From: Lama guanicoe
Taxonomy: Eukaryota
Assembly: GCA_013239625.1 (NCBI GenBank)
Contig: MU053754.1
Span: 1,159,966 to 1,223,965, forward strand
DNA length: 64,000 nt
Direction: 5' to 3'
The position numbers and the translations under genes were made by a program. The stretch's first letter is position 1, and each line of letters opens with the position of its first letter. Below, piece by piece: positions 51,646-64,000 of this stretch. Under the pieces are notes generated by a model. The model worked only from the letters and a program-made list of their open reading frames with translations. It made no database searches and was not told where the DNA came from.

Positions 51646-54594
51646 CCACCTTGCAAAAAGCATTCTTGAGTTAGCTATGACTGAAGAGGTAAAATTAAGC
51701 TATGTTACAAATAGTTGATAACCTTAAGTACACTATAGAACAGGAGAAAAGCTTTCTTAATAAAAAGTATTTGTGGTTTGAGCAGAATGAGGGGTTGACA
51801 GAGGACTTTTCTCCAGAATAAACGTCCCTTCCAGTCTCCCCACATGAGTGGACGCCTGCATGTTCACTTGGAATGCAGAGCAGCCCAGGTAGCAAGGAGA
51901 TACGCTGGAGGCTTTCTCAACTACTGCTGCCCACTCTGGCTTCCCCATCCTGTCATTTCCCATGGCCTGGGTGGTCTCTGTCTCTCACTGGACCTTGTAC
52001 GCCATGATGGACTCATAGAATCATGTCCTTTGAGAAAGGTAGGTTCCATCTCCCCAAACGGATTTGGATTTGAAAATCTCTCCAGGCATGGTGTCAGGTC
52101 CAGATGGCAAGGCATAGAATTGTAAGAGCTGGTTTACATCCTGATACACTATTTTATGTCTGCACTTTGCACGGAAAGTCTCGTACTCTCTCTGCACCAA
52201 ATACAATGGTAGTCATAATACCTGAGGATATTTGTGAAGATCGTATGATTCGGTTTATGTAAAAGTACGGTGCATGTGGCCTTTTACCTCTAGGTGTTCA
52301 GTAAAAGTTTATGCATTAAATATGACAGTTCGATACGATGCAATTTATCCACACCCTCAAAATGCCATTTCCAGCACTTAGGTTATTGATCAGCCAAGAA
52401 AGGCATGAGCAAGCTATGCCTCTGGGAGCTCCCGGGTCTAACAGATTAGACACGCCGTATCCCGCACAGGGAATTGAATCCAATGAAAAGCTGCCTCCAC
52501 GATCTCCGTGAAGAGAAAAAGCACAGATTTCCCTTGTAGCAAAGGCTCTTTCTTTCCCGTCATTAGCAAACCCCACTGAGTAGGACCTTAGAGGGTGAGC
52601 ACCGACGAATGAGAGGAATTTGGAGGCAGTAAAGAAAACTGCTCACGCAGCCTGCAAATACAGAGTGGGATTTCCACTTCACTGGAAGCCTGTCCCACCC
52701 CTCTGGCTGGAGAAGAGGCAAGCCTAGGAAGTGCTAATGAAGCCACGCCCGTTCACATGTAAATGTCTGGATTCTCTTCCCCCCACATTAAGTTCTTACA
52801 AGTGATTTAAAGAGTAATCTGGATAAACCTGCCTTAATAAGACGTTTTCTAGGAAATGATACCGGTGAGACGCCTGCCTGAAGGTCATGCCGCGTGTTCA
52901 GGCTGCGTCTGGGAGAGCGTGGGCAGGGGGAGCTCTTCCGTTCCCTTTACCCTTTCCGTAAGAACGTGGTGCTTCTCCCCAGAAGACAGAGCCGGAGAGG
53001 GGAGGAGAGACGTCACTAGGAGTTGGGAGTGGCGAAGACACAAAGGGTATTTTTGCCCCATCCCTCGAATCATAATCATATCATAATTTTCACAGTGTTC
53101 TTTTTTTTTTTCCTGCTTCTCACTCCAAATAATATACCAGATGGTAAACCCTAGGAATCATCTCACAGGTTTGACAAAAATTCTAAGAGGAAACTGATTT
53201 TGAAAGCTATATTTGAAGCCAAATGTGGAGCAAAGGACGTATAGACCCAGTGCCTAGGGCCAAGATGAAAGAGTGGTGAATGAAGCAGAGAGAGTGCTTT
53301 TGAGTTCAATATTACTGTGTTCCGAACGTGTAGCCCAAAAGTCTTCAGGGTGGACATGATTCACAGAAAACCAGAGTCTACTATGAGTGAGCGCAAGAGA
53401 ATGTTCGATTGTTTAAAATCAGTTATGCCCGTGCCTGGACAGACTACAGCCCAGCACACTGAGAAGACTTGAGACATGAGCACAGAAACACCATCACTGT
53501 ATTTTGAGGATGAGAGACAGCAGGTGAAATTCCACACTCCAGGCAAACGCCCCAGTTTTCGAAAAGGGAATGATGAGTATATTCATGAAACTACCCATTT
53601 TTTAGCACCACGCTAATTCCTGGTTAGATTTTAAGTAAATAATGCAAATGTACCACCATGTCCTTGATTACTGTGTGATTAGAGAAAAAGATCCCCTTGG
53701 AACTATCCGTCTCCCAACCATCCGTCTACTCCTTCAGCAGTTCCTTACACAGTGACCACCAAAGCCAGTTATGACGAAGGTGAGGTGAAGCTGAGGTGAA
53801 GGAAAAGGACTTGTACACAATCCAGTCCTCCAGAGGGACGTTCTGGTCGGAATGTGCTACACTGGCTGAGGTCAGGGCTGTTCCAAAAAAGCACACGAGG
53901 TGTTTACCCGACTCCAGGTGAGGACACTGCAGGAGGCTGTCATGAATATTAGATCTTCTTTCCCTTTAGGGTTCTCTAAAGGAACTGATTTCCAAATAGG
54001 AGTCAAAAATGTATTGTTTTCTGTGGCCAAGCCAGTGTTCAGTAATCCCTGGAGCTCAAGCGTCTCTGGTAAAAGCTGGATTGGAGAAATGGCCCAGGAC
54101 TGTGGCATCCCCAGTTCTCTCTCCTGAGCTGAGGACAAGTCGGACCACTGGGCATGGACACCTGACCAGCTCAAGCAAGCGTGGTGGAGAGACGGAAAGA
54201 GAAGGCTCGTACAACCAACCCTGGGGTGCTCCTTCAAGACCCTGGGAGTCCTTCTGCTTGGGCGCAGCAATTAGAGGGAAGCTCAGCCTTCCTAGGGGAC
54301 CGTGAAGATGGGGGAAGGAGACGGGAAGGGAAGGTAAAGTACAGCAAGCTGCCCGCTGGCACACGTGGGCCAGTGCTGAAGTAGGGGTTCCCTTCCTCCC
54401 CTGGCCCCACCCATACTGCACTGCTGGGATGTCCGTCTGTGTTCCCGGGAGGCTGCAGCTCTGGGATGAGGAGAATCACGACAACTCACACACACCTAGT
54501 GGCCCTGACTTCACTGACTGAAGGGGGAAAGAAGAGAAGGCCTTTGTCAGTGTCCGCCGGGAACCATACTGTCTCACATACTCCATCAACCCAT

Positions 54595-55013
54595 GGATTA
54601 GCTGGAACTCTCCAGAGAAACAGAACCAATAAGATACGCATTTATAAAATTGTGGGGACTGGCAAATTAGAAACTTGTAGGGCAGGCTGGCACACTGGAC
54701 ATTCAGACAGGTATCAGTGTTGCAGCCTATGAGTCTTGTGTCCCAAGGTTGGAAACCCAGGCAGAATTTCTATATTGCAGTCTGGAGGACTTTCTTTGAG
54801 AAATCCCAGCCTTTGCCATTAAGGAAGGCCTCCAACCGATCGGATGAGACCCACATGACATTATGGAGGGCAATCTGCTTTACTTAAAGTCTAGCGATCG
54901 CTAATGTTAATCACAACTAAATAATACCTCCACAGCAATATCTAGACTAGGGTTTGACCAAACAATTGGTCACTGAATCCTAGTCAAGTTGACACCAAAA
55001 ATTAACCAGCACA
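54595..55013 (-). mobile_element. ERVL LTR (MLT2-like)
   Basis: ctctccagagaaacagaaccaata...ctagtcaagttgacac...aattaaccagcaca. Confidence 0.85.
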
Positions 55014-55259
55014 GTCCAGAACCACAAGGAGAAAGGCAGGCCATACCTTGAAACGCTTCAGCAGATCCCACTTGACGAAGGCATGTTAGGTGCAGGAAAC
55101 TGGATTGGGGAAGAGACATTCTCCTCTCCTTCAGTTGCTCATAATAAAATAATGTTAGCAGGTCAATGAATGCTTCCTGAGCCAGGCATCGTGCTGCATT
55201 CTATGGACACAGAAGTGAACCCAACAGAGATGGTCCTTCCCCTCTGAGTTGACAGTCTA

Positions 55260-55455
55260 GACCAGGGATCAGCACACTACAAGCCCATCTGGTCTGCCTC
55301 CTGCTTTTGTAAGTAGTTTTATTGGAACGCCCTACGCCCATTTGTTGACATTCTGTCTAAGGCTGCTTTTCCACAACAGCAGAGTTGACCATGTAGTCTA
55401 CAAAGTCTACAGCATTTACTCTCTGGTCCTTTATTAAAAAAATGTGCTGGCCTCT
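55260..55455. mobile_element. MER58-like MITE
   Basis: cagggatcagcacactac...gtttttattggaac...atttactctctggtcctt. Confidence 0.7.
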
Positions 55456-55901
55456 GGTGCACACCTTGGCAGAGTAGGGCAGGGAAACCTCAGGACCTCT
55501 ATTCTTTGGTACTGTTGACAAATTGCAAGGTTGGACATGAATTGCTTCTCAAGGATCAGAAAAGAGCAGATGAACATGAAGCCTTCAACTATGGGAACTC
55601 CGAGTAGCAAGAATGTTTATTACAGGGAAGAAAAGATGTTGCCTCTAGTGCTGGAATCAAGAAGTCATGGTTTCTGTGAAACAGAGGCAAGAACAGCACC
55701 AGGAGAAAACACACGAAAACAAAAAGCATATGAGAATGAAATCCAAACGCCTGCTGGGAGGGAAAGTAAGCTCAGAGATACAGGCTGCATGGCTTTCAAG
55801 GGAGCAGAATTACAAAGGCAGAATTAGCCCCTACACTGAATAGCAAAAGACTGAAACTGAAATAGAGAAAAGCGTAAATCAATCAAGCAGCAAACAAACA
55901 A

Positions 55902-55992
55902 GGGGGCGGGTATAGCTTAGTGGTAGAGCACATGCTTAGCATGCACAGGGTCCTGGGTTCAATGCCCAGTATCTCCACCAAAAAACAAACAA
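55902..55992 (+). mobile_element. Vic-1-like SINE (short form)
   Basis: gggggcgggtatagcttagtggtagagcacatgcttagcatgcacagggtcctgggttcaat, with TSD aaacaaacaa. Confidence 0.9.
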
Positions 55993-56776
55993 ATGAGATT
56001 ATCTAAGAACTCAGAGGAAAAGAACAATGAAATTAAAAGTAAATGAAAATCACAGAGGGTAGGAGCAGAGATTGGTGTAAAGGACTTGATTTTCTCAAGG
56101 AACCCAGTAGATTAACTGAACAAGAAGCAATTACAGCAACTTGTATCAAGTAACTATTATGTCCTTCGTGCCTCAGTAGGTATTTTGCATCTGTTATCAC
56201 TTTTATTCTTATGACAACAGCTTAACACATAAACTAATTTATCTGTTTTTCAGATGAAAGATGTGTTATGGGAAGCATGTAAACTACCCACAGTTAGCTA
56301 GTAAATCAAATCAAATCCTGGGCTGACTAAATTTCACACCTGGTATTCTAGATCCCTGATCAAAAAAACAAGAAATGAAAATCTTACTGAAAAAAAAGAA
56401 TCACCCTACTTTTGATCAAAATAATTCAAAGATTGTCGTGTTTCAAAGAACTGAAGAGTAAGGGACATGTCCAGATATTTTGCCACTGTCATGCAGAACA
56501 AAGAACACATGCATACGTTTGGGGGATGACTTCAATCACCCTGAAAGCCAGTAACGTGCCATGCACAGGCAGCAGAGGCACTTTCAGGCTGCACCTGCAG
56601 GAACGTCACGTTTGGCGGCAAGAAAGGTAATGGTAGTCTGTGTCTGAGGAGCACATGTACCGTCCAGCTCTGGGAGCCATTTTTAAGGGATGAAACGAGC
56701 CCCGAAATGGAAGGCAACCCACCGAGCACAAGAGCACGAGGTGTTCCGAGAAGTGTGTAGGTAGGTGCTGACTCAC

Positions 56777-56980
56777 CTAACGAAGGGAAACTCAAATGGT
56801 CGTCCTGGTGAGCAGGTGAACACAAAGATGCCCTCCAGCGTGGACATTCTGGGAACTGACTACCCACACTGACGTTGGCGCCGGGCTGCACATTTACAAA
56901 GCAAAATGTAACCCTTCCCATTTTATCCCACGGACTTTGTTCAGATGGCTTCCTGAGCAGCCAGAGTAAGTTTTGCTTAA
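56777..56980 (-). CDS. Predicted coding exon B (204 nt, phase 1-1); VKQNLLWLLRKPSEQSPWDKMGRVTFCFVNVQPGANVSVGSQFPECPRWRASLCSPAHQDDHLSFPSL
   Basis: Acceptor catttcctctcatag|TT and consensus donor TTAG|gtgagt. Open frame lies within ORF 56532..57041(-). Symmetric exon. Confidence 0.65.
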
Positions 56981-58430
56981 CTATGAGAGGAAATGCCATT
57001 TCAATGTTCGGTTTTCGCTCATTCACAGTTCCACGGCTCACAAAACAACCTGGCCTATTTCCATCATTATCGTCATTTGGGAATTATCATTTACAAACCT
57101 GGCAGGAAACAATGATCATAGTCTAAAGATAAAGCCACTTCGAACTGCTCCTGGAAACCCTAGGAGGGTTTTGGATGCTTACAACAGCTGACTAAAAGCT
57201 CAACCCAATAAAAACGAGCTCTTAAGAGGGCAAGACCAATGTCCATTATTATTTGTTATTAATACCCCACCATCAAGTTAAAATGACACACGTGTGCTCT
57301 ATGCTACTGTTTCTTTCTCTCATCTTATTATAACACTGAGTTGCTTTATTAATAATTAATGATTTAGCAGAACTTGGAAATAGAAATTGCGACCTAAATT
57401 CCACACACTGAAGTTGATATAGGGTGACATTCTGTTTTGTTCTCAGGTTGTTTGTAAAATTCTGACTACTGGTAAAGATTTGATACTTTTTCTAAGATCC
57501 ACTTTAAAGTTCCCAGTAGTCCTGCATGGTCATCTAATTCTTGTTATTCTTGTTGTTCTAAATTTCACAAAAAGCACCCAACTCTACATAGCCTTCGGTT
57601 TCAAAGCTTTTGTGTATTTCAGTATATGACTCTAATGAGAAATGCTCTGAAGAGTTGCAGACATTCATGTCAGGGCAACCAACTGCATCATCTCTAAGAA
57701 GTCTGACTCAGGGAAAAGAGCGTGAACTCCTTCATAAACTCAGTGTTTCCCCTTGAACAGGCAAAAGCTCCATGCATTCCTGTGCCACATAGTTTACAAA
57801 GAGCTCTCATCCTCTCAAGCCTCACAAAAGTCCTTTGAAGTGGCTGTTTTTAATTTCCTCATTGCATATGAGAAAATTGAAGTTTGGACTTTCTTGAGTT
57901 TTCCAGAGTCTAAGAGCTTTGACACTGCAGATTCAGGTGTTCAAAATACTGGCCAGGCTCACTCCACCTCCCCCTGCCGCCGCTGTGACCCAAGAGAGGG
58001 GCTGAAGACCAGACTCCACCCAAATATCACCTCCTTCTTCTCAAAGGTAAACAGGCAGGTAACTCTGAAGTTGATGATGGAATTAGAACGTCTTTAATGT
58101 GATTTTCATGGGAGGTCTAAATGATGCCAGTGGACCCGAGGAGAGCATTTGATACATAGCGTTTTGAATATGGGGGGTGTGTCTTAAATACTCAGAAGAT
58201 GGCACAGTGCCTTGTGTGAAAACAAGCAACTGATAATATCTGTGGATGGAATTTGCAGTTGCAGCTGTATGAGCAACATGCATTCGTGACTGCTGGCCAC
58301 CCGCCTTCAGATTCTGGCTAGACAAGACTAAAGAAGAAAGAGAACACTTAAAGTTTAATCCATTTAGCTTAACAAGCCATCAGTGGAATGAAGAAGCATC
58401 AAGACTAATTGACTGTTTTTACTAAGTTAC

Positions 58431-58556
58431 CAAAGTGACTTCTCATTTCACTTAACCTGCCAGTCCAACCCACCATTTGGCTCCGGGAAATGACAGACGT
58501 GGCTCCCTGCTCGGAGGACGAGGACTTTATCCAACAGCCCAGCATAAGATTACTGC
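58431..58556 (-). CDS. Predicted coding exon A (126 nt, phase 1-1) of an unidentified minus-strand gene; xSNLMLGCWIKSSSSEQGATSVISRSQMVGWTGRLSEMRSHF
   Basis: Strong acceptor cttttttcctgccccag|GC and donor TTTG|gtaact. Only one of the three frames is open. Length is divisible by 3 and the phase fits exon B. Alternative donors exist inside it. Confidence 0.45.
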
Positions 58557-60097
58557 CTGGGGCAGGAAAAAAGACGATCTGTCCTCCTTCAGACGTGTGA
58601 TACAGTAATAAAAAATGTTTAGTTTGAAACAATGTATTCATCCTCAAACCTTAAAATTGTCACTGAAAGTTAAGAAAAATCTAGTACTACAAAATTCGAG
58701 CCTATATTCACCAAACTCAAGGCACCAAACCTCATGGAATTATAAAGTCCACCCAATCAATGGAATTCAGAGCTAAGAATTCAGCCACAAAGTGGCATAA
58801 TTGCTGTAATTAGTCAAATGGTGTAATTACAGTAAACACAAGATAAGCTACCACTGAAGTATGTAATTGCAGGGTATAATGGTGTTATTATGATTTCTGA
58901 TGCTATGATATGATTTGGATATATAATAAATGCCCATAACAATATTAAGATATTTTTCATTTGTGAATTTTCTTAGTACTTAGTGTGGCTTTCTTAAAAT
59001 TTCTAGATTTAAATCTCAGCCACATAGGAAATCACAGTATTTTCTCAATGACAGGAAAAGTCAGTATTATCCAACATGATACTTTGGTGAGAAGGTGGCT
59101 AGAAACATAAAGGATTCAAAGTTGAGTGTAAAGTCAGTCATTAGAATAATCCTAAACAGAAATTAGTTGCTACAATGCAAGATAGCTTTTATACAAATGT
59201 GGCTGTATTTCACATATATTCCATTTTTAAGGAATTTAAATGTTTACCTTTAATGCTAAAGTATCTATGAAAATGAGAACATAATGCTGTCAGCATTATG
59301 GTTTTTGACCTATGTTGTCAATCTTTGGTTTAACAGTCCTAGAAGACAATGTTCTCAAGGTAATTGCACATTGCCTATGTCTATGTTCAAATTTTGTACT
59401 ATGTAACAGTAGATTGATAATTATTGGCTGTCTTGAATTCTCTTTGGATGTAGATTTTGAACAACTGAAAATATTTCTATATTATAGAATTTAAGAATTG
59501 GAAGAATTCTTTGAGGGTTAGGAGATGCACAGTTAGGGGGTTCATGAACTCATTTCGTTGAGGGAGCTGCGCCAATCAGTGGAGGTGTATTTTACTCCGA
59601 ACAGGGTTTTCAAAAGGGTCTTCAGTGGATTTGTGAAGCAGAAAAGTCTGCCTGGGAGATGATACCATCCAGCTCACTTGGGCTAGCCTCTGCTCTACAA
59701 ATGCCTATCAGAAGTTTTATTTCAATTTCGCTTCAACATACATAGTAAGGAGGCTCTAACTGTCTTTGAAAGAGACTGTTCCATTATCTATGAAAGAGTC
59801 TGTTCGTTAGAAACTTACCCCCACATACTGGCTGTGATTCTTCCTCACCATAAATTCTACCCCGTGGTCTTACTCTCTTCTGGATGAAAGCCCTCTAAAG
59901 TATTTGAAGACGACCAGTGTCACAAAGCATTCCTCCTCTAGAATAAAGGTCTCTATTACAAATACAGAAGAAGATCTCTATTGAGTCCATTACTAACAGA
60001 ATAAGTATCGCTATTGATGATCCCTCACTGCTGCTCATTCTCTGGTGGGTCACCAATCCATCAAGATTCTGCTCTGAGTGGGACACAAGTATCCAGA

Positions 60098-60300
60098 CCA
60101 GGGTTGGTAAACATTTTCTGAAAAGGGATAGACAGTAAGTACTTCTGGCTTTGCAAACCATACGGTCTCTTATGATAACCACTCAACTCTGCCACTGCTT
60201 CCAAAAGCAGACACGCAATATGTAAATGAGTGAGGGTGGCTGGGTTCTTCAAAAACAGGCATCGGTCTAGATTTGATGTGTGTGCTTTGCTCAGCACTCA
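60098..60300. mobile_element. MER58-like MITE
   Basis: ccagggttggtaaacattttctg...actcaactctgccactg. Confidence 0.7.
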
Positions 60301-60459
60301 TCTGGATGAGTCTGAAGAGGGAAAGAGCCCCGAGAAACCGTAACTACACTTCTCTGCATACTAAACTTCTGCTCATCCAGTTTAACTTTAACAAAACAGA
60401 AACAAAAATGAAGCCTAGTCCTGATTTGTACTGAAGGTACAGTTAACAAAGCTCCCTAG

Positions 60460-60810
60460 ACTAGCACTGTTTACAGAATTTCCCATGATATGGAAAACTC
60501 TCTGCCTGTGCCATCCAATATGGTAACTACTAAGCACATGCGATTACTGAGCACTTGAAATAAGCCTGATGCAGCTTAAAGACTGAACTTTCCGGGGGAG
60601 GGTATAGCTCAGTGGTAGAGTGTGTGCTTAGCATGCATCCTGGGTTCAATCCCCAGTACCGCCATTAAAAAATAATTAAATAAAATTAAACCTAACTACC
60701 CCCCTCCAAAGAAAACTGAAAAAAGAAAGACTTAATATTTAATTTAATTTAACTGATATTTAAATTTAAACAGCCTTCAAGTGGCTACCCTATTGGATAG
60801 CACAGCCCTA
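60460..60810. mobile_element. MER3-like DNA transposon interrupted by a SINE
   Basis: tccaatatggtaactactaagcacatg...gagcacttgaaat ... gtggctaccctattggatagcacag. Confidence 0.75.
60594..60730 (+). mobile_element. Vic-1-like SINE
   Basis: gggggagggtatagctcagtggtagagtgtgtgcttagcatgca...ggttcaatccccagtacc, flanked by aaagact(g/t)aa. Confidence 0.9.
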
Positions 60811-61691
60811 GACATTCCCTCCCGCGCAGACCGCTCTTCAACACCACTCTATTCACTCGTGACACTATACGTGACGTTTTTATCAAATTTACAAAGTACC
60901 TTATTATCACAGGCAAATATACAGCTTTAAGCATCATAGGAGCTCAATAAATATTAATGACGACCAGTAAACTGAATCATTACAGATAATGAAATAGCAT
61001 GACAAAATATAAGAGATAATTGGAATCAATCTTGCTTTTATTGGCAAGAATTTTCCATGGAACTGAGAGCCATGATCCTGTAATGGTAGAGGCTCTCATG
61101 ATTTTAAAGTATTTTAATGGATTTCACACTTCTCATATTTATCTGAAGGTAATTCAGGCTTTTCCTATTTGACATCCCCTGCCATGAATATGGATGAGTT
61201 TTACTGTAGTGTGAATTGAAGATTCAGACTTTAGCATGCATTGGTTTTTGCTTAATTTCATTCAAACACTAGAGAAAGGGGGAAAGATCATTTCATCCTA
61301 ATGTTCGTTGTGAGAAAGAAATGAACCAGAATACTAAATAACAAAAAAAAAAAAATTAAGAACCCCATCCTGCTATAAACAAGTTCATGAATTGAGAACC
61401 CAATTATTATTCAAAATGTACCAACTTTATTGCACCCCTTCACTTATGTATGCAACAAAACCTGCTTGAAACATTGCAGACTCAAGAGTGAATGGAAACC
61501 CAAACACAGGTTCTGTGTCAGAGAGCCGACATCCCACATAGGTGACAGACATGCTCATCAAAGAACCTCAAAAACAAAGGACATTTACAAGTTATGCTGT
61601 GGAAGAGTCCACAGCACACTGAGGACATATGACCAAGGGCATGGCACTGCCCAGGAAGAACTGACATTTGGGGGGACATCTCAAGAATGAA

Positions 61692-61805
61692 AGCAGGGTA
61701 TAGCTCAAGTGGTAGAGCACATGCTTAGCAGGCATAGGGTCCTGGGTTCAATCCCCAGTCCCTCCTTTAAAAATAAAACAAAAAAGAAAGAAAGAAAAAA
61801 AATAT
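61692..61805 (+). mobile_element. Vic-1-like SINE
   Basis: agggtatagctcaagtggtagagcacatgcttagc...gtcctgggttcaatccccagt followed by an A-rich tail. Confidence 0.9.
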
Positions 61806-62154
61806 GAAAAAAATTCCATAATCCTGATTTTGTGTGTACCAGATAAAATAACATCACAACAACTAAACTGATTTTGAAAAAGTCAAAGGTAATGACAAAA
61901 CAGTTTATATACACACGCATATAAAAATCAAATATAAATAAATACACATTACATTTTCTCTGACAGACATTGGAATACTTCAGTGAATACAGCGAGATTT
62001 GTACAAGGGGTACCGGCCTGAGGGTTAGCACTGGGGTTCTGGTCCCCATCCTACGACAAATGGTGGTGAAAGGTAAGAGGGCTAAGGACACTGCAGAGGT
62101 GGGGGTGCAGCCCAATTCACACTGTATTTTGCTTCCAAGTTGGTTTAAAATCTT

Positions 62155-62870
62155 GTGTTAATTTCTGGTGAACAGCACAGTGATTCAGTTATATATATAT
62201 ATTCCTTTTCATATGCTTTCCATTACAGGTTATTACAAGATATTGAATATAGTTCACTGTGCTATACAGTAGGTCCTTGTTGTTTATCTATTTTATATAT
62301 AGTAGTTTATATTTGCTAATCCCAAACTCCCAGTTTATCCTTTCCCATCTCCTTTCCCCCCTGGTAACCATAAATTTGTTTTCTATGTCTGTGAATCTGT
62401 TTCTATTTTGTAGTAAGTTCATGTATGTCTTTTTTTTTTTTGAGATTCCACATATGAGTAATATCATATGATATTTTTCTTTCTCTTTCTGGTTTTCTTC
62501 ACTTAGAGTGGATCTCCAGGTCCATCCATGTTACTGCAAATGGTATTATTTTATTTTTTTATGGCTGAGTAATTTATATACAACTTCTTTATCCAGTCAC
62601 CTGTTGATGGACATTTAGGTTGTTTCCATGTCTTGGCTATTGTAAACAGTGCTGCTGTGAACACTGGGGGTGCATGTATCTTTTCCAATTAGAGTTTCTT
62701 CCCAGATATATGCCTAGGAGTGGGATTGCTGGATCATATGGTAAGTCTATTTTTAGATTTTTGAGGAATCTCCATACTGTTTTCCACAACAGCTGTACCA
62801 AACTCCATTCCCACCAGCAGTGTAGGAGGGCTCCCCTTTTTCCACACCCTCTCCAGCACTTATCGTGTGT
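62155..62870 (-). mobile_element. L1 3' end, antisense
   Basis: tgtgctatacagtaggtccttg...gatggacatttaggttgtttccatgtcttggctattgtaaa...cccaccagcagtgtaggaggg. Confidence 0.92.
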
Positions 62871-62884
62871 GGGCTTGGACAGAG

Positions 62885-63158
62885 CTGCAAATCCTTGGCC
62901 TTCCCTGACGTGCCACTATATCTCTCCAATCTCTGCCTCTGCTGTTACACGCATCCTCCCCGCCTCCCCCTGTGTCTCTGTGTCCAGATGTCCCTCTTCA
63001 GTTAACGCCTGACATTGGATCAGGGTCCACCCTAATGACCTCATCCTAACACAATTTTATCTGCAAAGACTTTGTTTTTAAATAAGACCACAGGCATAGG
63101 TACTGGGGGTTAGGACTTCAGCATACCTTTTTGGGAGATACAGTTCAACCCATAACAC
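62885..63158 (-). mobile_element. MaLR LTR fragment (MLT1-like)
   Basis: cattggatcagggtccaccctaatgacctcatc...ctgcaaagac...ggttaggacttcagcatac...gttcaacccataaca. Confidence 0.85.
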
Positions 63159-64000
63159 CATGCATTGCATTGTTCTAACTAAAGTGTCTGTGAATATTTC
63201 TTCTCTACTATCTTCCCCTGGAAGTCCTGTTATGAAAACAAGAAAAACAGGGACACACAGTCAGCCAAATACTGACTGTCTGTAGCACTTTGCACATGAT
63301 TTTATTAGCATCTATCTGATTGTAACAATTTGACTGTATCTGTTCCCACCTCTGACTTGGAAGTGAGATTTTTTCAAGACATACGTTAATAAATAAACAT
63401 GTGTCATTTATTAAATAACACATATTAGACATAGGTCTTATTCCAACTTCAAGCTTAATGCCTGTCACATACACAGAGATCTCAGGAGGTGTCTGTTAAG
63501 TGAGAGAAAGACACAGAAGAGGAGAAGGGAAGGCAAGACAGGTGGAATGGAGTGATTCTGCGTTTTTGTGTTCAATCTTTAGCTTTAACCAGGTTAACTG
63601 CCTTCCCCTCTAACCTTTCCTAATGGCCTCCACTGATTCCTCTCTAGCCTCACAAGGACTGAAACTCATCATCAGACACTAAGTCAAGAAGGGAGTGATA
63701 AAGACTAACAGTTTAGATATTAATCTAAGACAAGACAAGAACGCTGGGGGATTCTTCAGGCCCCGTGATTCTGTGGAGTGCTAATAAAGATTGCTGTGGT
63801 GGGAGTTTTCTGGGCTTTTTCCGTGGTCAGGAATGCTCCTTCCTTGAGAACAGCATTAGGTGTTACCCCTAAAGTACTGTAGGTTAGTATCAATTACCCC
63901 AAGTAGCTTATCTCAAAACTGTCCTCACCTACAGTGAAGGGTTCTGTTTGGACGTCCTCTGTAACCAATCACATGCTGTGTTAGTTTCTACTGCTGCCTA

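Noticed and set aside
55902..55980. tRNA-like sequences here and at 20805, 60594 and 61692
   Set aside because: A-tails, TSDs and degenerate stems show they are SINEs, not tRNA genes.

Overview
This window is mammalian genomic DNA, very probably camelid, judged from four Vic-1-like tRNA-derived SINEs plus young L1 3' ends. It contains a 447-N assembly gap at 38242-38688. Most of it is intronic or intergenic sequence full of L1, L2/MIR, MaLR/ERVL LTR and DNA-transposon relics, plus one intact 595-bp ERV2-type solo LTR with a perfect 6-bp target-site duplication (TSD). Nearly all ORFs in the supplied track are spurious or L1 ORF2 remnants. Reading splice signals on the minus strand reveals seven GT-AG exons: 58431-58556, 56777-56980, 39555-39665, 36944-37063, 32699-32786, 28853-28883 and 25781-25918. 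Their phases join into one stop-free frame of about 271 aa ending ...EIDFESLIYCIIEPWKKESLLFQWKTYMPSFCWWSNKSYRGAFSLFYHYPGNQGVKIRRNLREFVDVLKATELLAKMHEAREMSF*. This looks like the 3' part of a protein-coding gene that I cannot name, and it is the best lead here. No prokaryote-style system (CRISPR, operon, rRNA, genuine tRNA) is present. Repeat family names come from recalled consensus sequences rather than a search, and their boundaries are approximate.
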